From NCBI GenBank assembly GCA_964535075.1, contig CAZHRQ010000002.1:1-51059 (forward strand): 51,059 nucleotides of DNA. Reading direction: 5' to 3'. A program made the position numbers and the translations under genes. The notes under the pieces were generated by a model, which made no database searches, was not told the origin of the DNA, and was given only the letters and a program-made list of their open reading frames with translations. This document shows, one piece after another, positions 10,907-21,208 of the stretch. This DNA is from an uncultured Rhodobacterales bacterium. GTDB lineage: Bacteria; Pseudomonadota; Alphaproteobacteria; Rhodospirillales; CAJXLG01. Position 1 is the stretch's first letter, and every line of letters starts with the position of its first letter.

Positions 10907-13297
10907 GTGACGCTTCCCCCGGATCCCCTGGCGGCCTTCCTGGCGCTGCTGTTGGACCCGCCGGTCCTGGCGGCGCTGGCCCTGGTGTTGGCGGCCCTGA
11001 TGCTGCTGTGGGTGCTGGTGCTCACGCGCCGTTTGCATCGCACGGAGGCCCGCGCCCAGCGCGAGAGCCGCACCGCCGCCCGTCTGTGGGGGGTGCTGGC
11101 CGTGGCGGGGGACGCGCATTACATCTGGCACCTGCCCGACGGCGATGAAACCTGTTCCCGCCAACTGGCCGTGTTGCTGAGTCTGCCCGACGGCACCGAC
11201 TCCCGCTTTGCCCACCTGCGGGAGGCGGTGTCGGAGGACGACCGCGGACGCATGGAGCGGGTGGTGACCGCTCTGCGGCACGAAGGCGTGGGCTTCGAGA
11301 TCAATCTGTCCCTGGCCCCGGCAGGCCGACGGGTGGTGATGCATGGCGTGCGCGCCACCGACGACGACGGCGTGCCCCTGGCCGATGTGCTGTGGGTGCG
11401 GGATGTAACCGATGCCGCCATGGCGCTGGAGGAAATGACCGCCCGGCTTCAGGCGGAGGACGACCAGAATCTGGGCTATGCGGCGCTGTTGGATGCTTTG
11501 CCCTATCCCGCGTGGCTGCGCAATGAACAGGGGGTGCTGGTTTACTGCAACGCTGCCTACGCCGCCGCCGTGGAGGCCGCCGATCCGGAAGAGGCCACTC
11601 GCCATAACTGGTGTCTGGGGGGGCCTCCCGAATCAGGCATGGATTCCCTGACCCGGCGGGTGCTGGACAGCGGCCGCGCCATGGAGGATCGGCGCCATCT
11701 GGTGGTGGCCGGTGAACGCCGGCTCTATCGCATGCTGGAATCGCCGGTGCTGGGGCGGCGGCGCATCGCCGGCGCGGTGGTGGACCTGTCGCCCCTGGAG
11801 CGGGTGCGGTCGGAACTGCGGCGGCAGGGCGAAGCCCATTCGGAAATCCTGGAACACCTCAACACCGCCATCGCCATATTCGGCAGCGATCGGGTCATGG
11901 AGTTCCACAACAGCGCCTTCGCCCGGTTGTGGCGCCTGGACAAGGACTGGCTGGCCACCCATCCCACCTATAGCGAATTCCTGGAAAGCCTGCGCGACGA
12001 CCGGCTGCTGCCGGAAACGGCCGATTATCCCCTGTACAAGGCCGACGAGCTGAAGCGGTTCGCCACCCTGCTGGCGCCGGTGGAAGACCTGATGCACCTG
12101 CCCGACGGCACCACCCTGCGCCGCACCATCACCCCCCACCCCTTCGGCGGGCTGGTGTTCACCTACGAGGATGTCACCGACAAGCTGGCCCTGGAACGCA
12201 GCCACAACACCATGCTGACGGTGCAGCGGGAAACCATCGACCACCTCTATGAGGGGGTGGCGCTGATCGGCGCCGACGGCCAGTTGAAGCTGGCCAACCA
12301 AGCCTTCGGCACCCTGTGGTCGCTGCCCGCCGACGTTCTGGACGGCGCCACGCGGCTGGCGGAACTGCTGGATCGTCACCGGGAATGCATGACGGCGGAG
12401 AAATGGCGCACCTTCCGCGACGAAATCATGACGCTGTTCGGCGAGCGGCTGGCGCAATCAGGCCGCATCGAGCGGGAGGACGACTCGGTGGTGCAGTTTG
12501 CCAGCGTGCCGTTGTCCGATGGCGCCCTGCTGCTCACCTATCAGGATGTGACGGACACGGTGCGGGTGGAACAGGCGCTGCGGGATCGGAACGAAGCCCT
12601 GGCCACCGCCAACCGCATGAAGTCCGAATTCCTGTCGGCGGTGGGGCATGAGTTGCGCACGCCGCTGACCACGGTGCTGGGCTTCGGCGAAATGCTGGCG
12701 GGGGGCCACCTGGGGCCTCTGCCCCCGGCGGCGGAGACGGCGGTGACGGCGGTGGTGCAGGGGGGGCACACCCTGGAACGGGTGCTGCAAGAGGTGCTGG
12801 ATCTGGCCACGGTGGAGGCCGGCCGGGTGACACCGGCCCCGCAGCCGGTGACGCTGGGGCCGCTGCTGGCCGCCGCGGTGTTGCTGGTGCGGGAACGTAT
12901 CCGACAGCAGGGCGTGACCTTGATGCTGGACGGCCCCCCTCTGGATGCGGAGGCGGCCCTGGATCCGGAAATGATGAAGCAGGTGCTGTATCACCTGCTG
13001 GACAACGCCGTGACCTACACCCCGGCCGGCGGCCGGGTGACCCTGGGCGCCCGGCGGGAGCCGGGACGGGTGGTGTTGACGGTGGCCGACACGGGCCCGG
13101 GCCTGCCGCCCAGCGTGCGGGAGGCGCTGTTCCTGCCCTTCCACCACGGCCCGGGACCGGACAGCGGCGCCGGCCTGGGGCTGGCGCTGGCGCAACGGCT
13201 GATGATCGCCCAGGGCGGTCGCCTGAGCCTGGAACGCTCCGACGGCAGCGGTACGGTGCTGTCCTGCACCGTGCCTCAATTCGACGACGGGGGATAA
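10907..13297 (+). CDS. membrane-anchored multi-PAS sensor histidine kinase
   Basis: GTG start 4 nt after the radical-SAM stop. It has an N-terminal TM segment, repeated PAS-like segments, the H-box SEFLSAVGHELRTPL, and HATPase motifs (DNAVTYTP, DTGPGL, GAGLGLAL). Confidence 0.85.
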   Translation: MTLPPDPLAAFLALLLDPPVLAALALVLAALMLLWVLVLTRRLHRTEARAQRESRTAARLWGVLAVAGDAHYIWHLPDGDETCSRQLAVLLSLPDGTDSRFAHLREAVSEDDRGRMERVVTALRHEGVGFEINLSLAPAGRRVVMHGVRATDDDGVPLADVLWVRDVTDAAMALEEMTARLQAEDDQNLGYAALLDALPYPAWLRNEQGVLVYCNAAYAAAVEAADPEEATRHNWCLGGPPESGMDSLTRRVLDSGRAMEDRRHLVVAGERRLYRMLESPVLGRRRIAGAVVDLSPLERVRSELRRQGEAHSEILEHLNTAIAIFGSDRVMEFHNSAFARLWRLDKDWLATHPTYSEFLESLRDDRLLPETADYPLYKADELKRFATLLAPVEDLMHLPDGTTLRRTITPHPFGGLVFTYEDVTDKLALERSHNTMLTVQRETIDHLYEGVALIGADGQLKLANQAFGTLWSLPADVLDGATRLAELLDRHRECMTAEKWRTFRDEIMTLFGERLAQSGRIEREDDSVVQFASVPLSDGALLLTYQDVTDTVRVEQALRDRNEALATANRMKSEFLSAVGHELRTPLTTVLGFGEMLAGGHLGPLPPAAETAVTAVVQGGHTLERVLQEVLDLATVEAGRVTPAPQPVTLGPLLAAAVLLVRERIRQQGVTLMLDGPPLDAEAALDPEMMKQVLYHLLDNAVTYTPAGGRVTLGARREPGRVVLTVADTGPGLPPSVREALFLPFHHGPGPDSGAGLGLALAQRLMIAQGGRLSLERSDGSGTVLSCTVPQFDDGG

Positions 13298-13374
13298 CGC
13301 CCCCCTCACGACATTGGGTTCCGTGTCGTGACAGGAAAGAATATCTTTAGAGCCAATGGAACGACCCCCGCCCG

Positions 13375-14162
13375 CTACCCCAACCGATCCAGCCGCAACC
13401 GGTGCCGGGCGTCGGTCAGACGGGCCACAGCACCGAGGGTCACCGTCACCACCCCCAACCCGGCCCCGCCGGCCAGCAGCCCCATGATCAGCATCTGATA
13501 CCGCACCGCCTGTTCCGGGTCGTTGCCGGCGAGAATCTGGCCCGTCATCATCCCCGGCAGAAAGACCAACCCCATGGCCGACATGTTGTTGATCAGCGGC
13601 ATCAGCCCCGCCCGGATGGCCCGCCGCACCACCGGGGCCACCGCCACCCGCATGGGCGCTCCCATGAGCAAATGCGCCTCGATATCGGCCCGCTCCCGGG
13701 CCAGGGAATCGGTCAGACGCTCCAGGGCCAGGGCCACCCCGGTCATGGTGTTGCCCAGCACCATGCCCAGCAGCGGCAGAGCCACCGCCGGCTGGAACCA
13801 CGGCGACGGCCGCACGGGCCCCCACAGCGCGAACAGGGTCACCCCCACCCCGCCCAGGGCCATGGCCAACAGCCCCAGAGCCCAGCCATGCCGCAACCGC
13901 CGGGTCTGGCGCGCCTGCACCTCGTAGCCGGCAAACCCCACCATCACCAACGCCGCCGCCCCCGTGAGCCATGGCGACACGGTGGCGAACAGCGCCGTCA
14001 GCACCAATCCCATGAGGCTCAGTTGCAGCACCATGCGGATGAGGGCAATCACCAGGGTCCGCGCCACGCCCAGCCCCAGGGCCATCACCAGCCCGATCAG
14101 GAACAGGGGCAACACCCCCGTAAGCAACAGATCGCCGATGCTGATATGCGCCGGTCCGGGCA

Positions 14163-14163
<1 letters not shown>
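13375..14163 (-). CDS. fetB: iron export ABC permease-like protein (FetB/YbbM, UPF0014 family)
   Basis: 262-aa polytopic protein resembling YbbM/FetB (LPLINNMSAMGLVFLPGMMTGQILAG). The start ATG at 14163 shares one base with the ligA stop (TAATG). Confidence 0.75.
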
Positions 14164-17956
<3,793 letters not shown>

Positions 17957-17988
17957 GGCCGCGGCCCTTTCTTCTCGGATTCCTGGCC

Positions 17989-18051
17989 TAGAGCGGAGTC
18001 ACGCCGTCAATGGGGCCCGGGAATGGGTCCCATTGACCGCGATAGGCTCTA
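17989..18051. repeat. palindromic repeat, copy B (module 1)
   Basis: TAGAGCGGAGTCACGCCGTCAATGGGGCCCGGGAATGGGTCCCATTGACCGCGATAGGCTCTA. It fills the recN-bamD gap, and its last 3 nt are the bamD stop codon. Confidence 0.9.
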
Positions 18052-18882
18052 GAAGGGCCACCCCAGCCAGGAGCGGGATCCTTCCTCCCGGCCGCCGGGG
18101 TCGCCCACCAGGAGACGATAGCTGTCCTGATACCATTCGCTGCCCGGGAAGTTGTAGCCCAGCACGGCGGCGGCGCGACGGGCTTCCTCGGTCAGACCCA
18201 GGGCCAGATACGCCTCGGTCAGGCGATGCAGCGCCTCGGGCACGTGGCTGGTGGTCTGGTACTGGGTCACCACGTCCTTGAAGCGGTTGATGGCCGCCAG
18301 ATAATACTTGCGCCGGAGGTAAAAGCGGCCGATGTCCATCTGCTTGCCGGCCAGATGGTTTTCGGTCAGGTCCAGCTTCAACCGGGCGTCGCGGGCATAG
18401 GGGGAATCGGGAAAACGGGTGATGACCTGGGTCAGGGCGGCGCGGGCGTCGTCGGTGATTTTCTGGTCCCGGCCCACGTCGGAAATCTGTTCGTAATAGC
18501 ACAGGGCCTTCAGGTAATAGGCATAGGCCACATCCTGGTTGCCGGGATGGAGCCGGATATAGCGGTCCAGGGCCACGATGGCCGAGGTGTAATCGTTGTC
18601 CTGATAATGGGCGTAGGCGGCCATGAGCTGGGCCTTGGTGGCCCACACCGAATAGGGATGCAGCCGCTCCACCTCATCGAACTGGCGGGCGGCTTCCTCG
18701 TACTTACCCCGCTCCAACAGGTCCATGGCCTCGTTGTACAGAGGTGCCACCGGAATTTCCTGGCCGTCGGCGGGGTCCATCGCCGCCGGATCCGGGGTGG
18801 AGGAACAAGCGGCCACCCCCAGCACCAGGGCCAGACCGAGCAGGCGAAGCAGAGTGGGCGGAAGCAGACGACCGTGCAGCAT
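18049..18882 (-). CDS. bamD: outer membrane protein assembly factor BamD
   Basis: TPR lipoprotein with lipobox LGVAAC and BamD/YfiO-like sequence (YYLKALCYYEQI, RFPDSPYARDARLKL). I prefer the ATG at 18882, which gives a 26-aa lipoprotein signal. The ORF-track start at 18912 lies in the tandem repeat. Confidence 0.85.
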   Translation of the reverse strand: MLHGRLLPPTLLRLLGLALVLGVAACSSTPDPAAMDPADGQEIPVAPLYNEAMDLLERGKYEEAARQFDEVERLHPYSVWATKAQLMAAYAHYQDNDYTSAIVALDRYIRLHPGNQDVAYAYYLKALCYYEQISDVGRDQKITDDARAALTQVITRFPDSPYARDARLKLDLTENHLAGKQMDIGRFYLRRKYYLAAINRFKDVVTQYQTTSHVPEALHRLTEAYLALGLTEEARRAAAVLGYNFPGSEWYQDSYRLLVGDPGGREEGSRSWLGWPF

Positions 18883-18900
18883 GGACCATCCATTGGAGTT

Positions 18901-18990
18901 GCAGGGCCGCATTGGGCTGCGGCTGGGGTTTCAGGGCCGCATTGGGCTGCGGCTGGGGTTTCAGGGCCGCATTGGGCCGAGGCTGGGAAC
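18901..18990. repeat. 30-bp tandem repeat, about 3 copies
   Basis: (G/T)CAGGGCCGCATTGGGCTGCGGCTGGGGTT occurs at 18901-18930 and 18931-18960, differing at one base. A degenerate third copy lies at 18961-18990. The array is immediately upstream of bamD. Confidence 0.9.
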
Positions 18991-19132
18991 GCCGTCGGCC
19001 GGCGACCGGCGGCAGCAGGTGGCCGACACTATACCATGGGGAACCGCGAACGCCAGTCCTTCGCCCGGGCCGTGACCCCGCCCGGGACAGGGATGTTCTG
19101 CGGACGCTAAACAGTCTTAACGGATTTTCCAC

Positions 19133-19196
19133 TAGAGCGGAGTCACGCGGTCAATGGGACCCGAGAATGGGTTCCCATTGACCGCGATAGGCTCTA
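19133..19196. repeat. palindromic repeat, copy C (module 1)
   Basis: TAGAGCGGAGTCACGCGGTCAATGGGACCCGAGAATGGGTTCCCATTGACCGCGATAGGCTCTA. By hand alignment it matches the copy at 36857-36920 at 61 of 64 positions in the same orientation. Confidence 0.9.
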
Positions 19197-19303
19197 GTGG
19201 CCGGACCCTCGGCATCGGCCTGGCGCTGGTCCTGCTAATGCGGGTGGTCGCCCTTCACCATATAGGGAGGCGCCACCACGGCCCTTCGTTTTAAGGTCGT
19301 ACT

Positions 19304-19392
19304 ATTTATAAATCATTACCTGAACTTTCACAATCTAGTAACGCGAACATCATCAAACGGTCATTGACAGCCGCGCGCATTCAACGGACCAT
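19304..19392 (+). promoter_or_regulatory. AT-rich upstream region of small gene 1: ATTTATAAAT palindrome, GTAACGCG, TTGACAG -35-like element
   Basis: Elements are ATTTATAAAT (19304-19313), GTAACGCG (19338-19345), and TTGACA (19364-19369) followed at 17 nt by GACCAT. The same TTGACAG ... NACNAT arrangement recurs before gene 2 (19952-19980). Confidence 0.35.
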
Positions 19393-19472
19393 CCAGCGGC
19401 GTCCCGGGTTTTTGGTTCGCGCACAAAGGACCTTTGTCGCACGGAGGTCCCAGGCGGAATCGGAACGGCCAG

Positions 19473-19775
19473 ATGGGCCGGCGCGGGCGTACGATCCTGT
19501 TTGCCGCCGCTGCCGTGGCCATCCTGGCCCTGACCGCCGCCCCCGCTTCCGCCGCCGTGGAAGCCGTGGTGCCCAACGATGCCAACCTGATGAAACTGGT
19601 GAAGCAGGCCGAATCCTGCGCCAAAAAAGACGAAAAGGCGCATGAATGCCTCGACAGCGCCCACAAGATTTACAACAGCTGCACCGGCGTGCACATGGGT
19701 GACAACAATCACAAGATGGGCTGCCAGATGATGGCCGCCCAGAACCTGCTGAGCTGCATCAACCTGTGCAAGTAA
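19473..19775 (+). CDS. small secreted 6-cysteine protein, paralog 1
   Basis: The ATG at 19473 gives the signal peptide MGRRGRTILFAAAAVAILALTAAPASA. The mature ~73-aa protein has Cys spacing C-x9-C-x10-C-x13-C-x10-C-x3-C. It is clearly paralogous to 20116..20415 (shared AVEAV, NDAN, ESCAK, GVHxGD, LGC/MGC). Confidence 0.65.
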   Translation: MGRRGRTILFAAAAVAILALTAAPASAAVEAVVPNDANLMKLVKQAESCAKKDEKAHECLDSAHKIYNSCTGVHMGDNNHKMGCQMMAAQNLLSCINLCK

Positions 19776-19812
19776 GGTCGCCCGGCGTTTTATAAAATCC
19801 CCTCGGACCGGT

Positions 19813-19850
19813 AAGCGCACAACCCTTAGGGGTTGTGCGCTTGTTTTTCT
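19813..19850 (+). terminator. rho-independent terminator of small gene 1
   Basis: Stem AAGCGCACAACCC / GGGTTGTGCGCTT with a 4-nt loop, followed by TTGTTTTTCT. Confidence 0.8.
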
Positions 19851-19878
19851 GTTATAAATTTGTATTTTTCGTTATAAA
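19851..19878 (+). promoter_or_regulatory. two GTTATAAA motifs spaced 20 bp apart in an AT-rich island
   Basis: GTTATAAA occurs at 19851-19858 and 19871-19878, within a conspicuously AT-rich stretch (about 19841-19900) of an otherwise GC-rich window. Confidence 0.3.
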
Positions 19879-20115
19879 AACGAATATGATTGCGTGCTGT
19901 TAACTCACTGATATGGGGGCTTTTTTGCCCAGCGTCGGCCCATGGAAAGCCTTGACAGAAAGGGGTTGTGCACCCACGATCCGACATGTCGCTGTAACGC
20001 GTGAGTCACGGTACGGTAACCGTGGTCCGGGCTCGCCCCCGCCCCGGTTGAGAGATCGGGACCCATGGCGGGAAAGGCGCGTTACCGATCCCAAGCCTGG
20101 CTCTATTGGAGATCT

Positions 20116-20415
20116 ATGACCATGAACAAGCTGTTTGCCACCGCCGCCCTGGTGCTGTTCTCCGCCGCCGCTGCCACCCCGGCCGCTGCGTCCGTGGAAG
20201 CAGTGATGGCCAATGACGCCAACGTGAAGCAGATGGTGGAATCCATCGAGTCCTGCGCCAAGGACAATGAAAAAGCCAAGGCTTGCCTGGAGCACGCCAA
20301 GGCCATCCACAGCCACTGCTCCGGCGTCCACATTGGCGACAAGGACAACAAGCTGGGCTGCAGCGAAATGTTCAAGCAGAACCTGGAAGCTTGCGCCGCC
20401 GGCTGCGCTGAATAA
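20116..20415 (+). CDS. small secreted 6-cysteine protein, paralog 2
   Basis: The ATG at 20116 is preceded by GGAG. The signal peptide is MTMNKLFATAALVLFSAAAATPAAA, and the Cys spacing matches paralog 1. Confidence 0.7.
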   Translation: MTMNKLFATAALVLFSAAAATPAAASVEAVMANDANVKQMVESIESCAKDNEKAKACLEHAKAIHSHCSGVHIGDKDNKLGCSEMFKQNLEACAAGCAE

Positions 20416-20451
20416 GCGTTAACGGGACCTCGGGTGTCTCTGTAACGCATG

Positions 20452-20496
20452 AAACGGCACATCCCTGCGTGCGGGATGTGCCGTTTCCATTTTTAT
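20452..20496 (+). terminator. rho-independent terminator (possibly bidirectional) between small gene 2 and the end of the phage operon
   Basis: 14-bp stem AAACGGCACATCCC / GGGATGTGCCGTTT with a 7-nt loop, followed by CCATTTTTAT. It lies 10 nt from the stop of the convergent 107-aa phage gene. Confidence 0.75.
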
Positions 20497-20506
20497 GCCG
20501 ACGGAA

Positions 20507-20830
20507 TCACGCCGGCGTGGGCCAGAACTCCGGCGTGAACAGGCGCATGGAAACCTGGGTGGCGGCCCCCGCATTCTGCAAGGTGCCGCGCACGCTGTGG
20601 CCCTCCACTTCCAGCTTGGTGACACCCTTGGCGGTGAAGGTCAGGTCCTCGGCCTGGAACCACGCACTGCCATCGGGCGACAATTCCAGCACCGCCGTGG
20701 CGCCATCGAAGGTCCCCCACACGTACAGGGTTCCGGTCAGCGGCGTGTCGCCTCCGTCGTGATGGCCGGCGGCCAGCTTCAGCACGCCGCTGCTGCCATC
20801 GGTGGTGGCATCGGTAAGCAGGGAAATCAT
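20507..20830 (-). CDS. phage hypothetical protein (last gene of the tail-fibre module)
   Basis: 107-aa ORF co-directional with and closely following the fibre genes. No family recognised. Confidence 0.55.
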   Translation of the reverse strand: MISLLTDATTDGSSGVLKLAAGHHDGGDTPLTGTLYVWGTFDGATAVLELSPDGSAWFQAEDLTFTAKGVTKLEVEGHSVRGTLQNAGAATQVSMRLFTPEFWPTPA

Positions 20831-20854
20831 CGGCCTTCGCCCTTTCTGTTCTGA

Positions 20855-21208
20855 TTACGCCGCGGAGACCACGGCCAGGGTATCGCTGCGCCGCCAACTG
20901 GTCCCGTCGGAAAAGGCCAGACAGGCGGCGCCGGCGGCGCCGTCGTCGCACAGCACCACCCCCGCGTGATGGCTGGACGCCGGCGGCAACGTGGCCACGG
21001 TATAGCGCGGCGCGTCATAGATGCCTTCCGCCCCGTCGGTGGTGGCCGGGGTTCCGTCGGCGCGCGCCAGGGCGAAACCGCCGGCGGTGGTGCCGTCGTG
21101 CACCACCAGGGTCTGACGATCGGTATCCACCGTCACCTCGCGCGCGGCACCGGTGAAGGAGGCATGGGTGGCGGTGGTGCCGCCGCGCAACTGCAACACA
21201 TCGGGCAT
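20855..21208 (-). CDS. phage tail-fibre-like protein with Mtd/HylP-type N-terminal motif
   Basis: The N-terminus LQLRGGTTATHASFTGAAREVTVDTDRQTLVVHDGTTAGG resembles the QLRRGT...GE..vDTD...k.GDG motif of phage tail-fibre and major-tropism-determinant N-termini. The start shares a base with the upstream stop. Confidence 0.6.
   Translation of the reverse strand: MPDVLQLRGGTTATHASFTGAAREVTVDTDRQTLVVHDGTTAGGFALARADGTPATTDGAEGIYDAPRYTVATLPPASSHHAGVVLCDDGAAGAACLAFSDGTSWRRSDTLAVVSAA

Noticed and set aside
13306-13367. An 8-bp-stem hairpin (TCACGACA/TGTCGTGA) and a TAGAGCCAATGGAACGACCC segment that vaguely resembles a deleted repeat module, located between the kinase and fetB.
   Set aside because: The similarity to the repeat family is limited to the first 7 nt plus AATGG. 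The hairpin has no U-tract. This is too weak to call either a repeat copy or a terminator.
18704-19132. 142-aa minus-strand ORF encoding PNAALKPQPQ decapeptide repeats from the 30-bp tandem array.
   Set aside because: It overlaps the bamD 5' end in another frame, has no RBS, and the rest of the product is Arg/Gly/Pro low complexity. I treat the array as non-coding.
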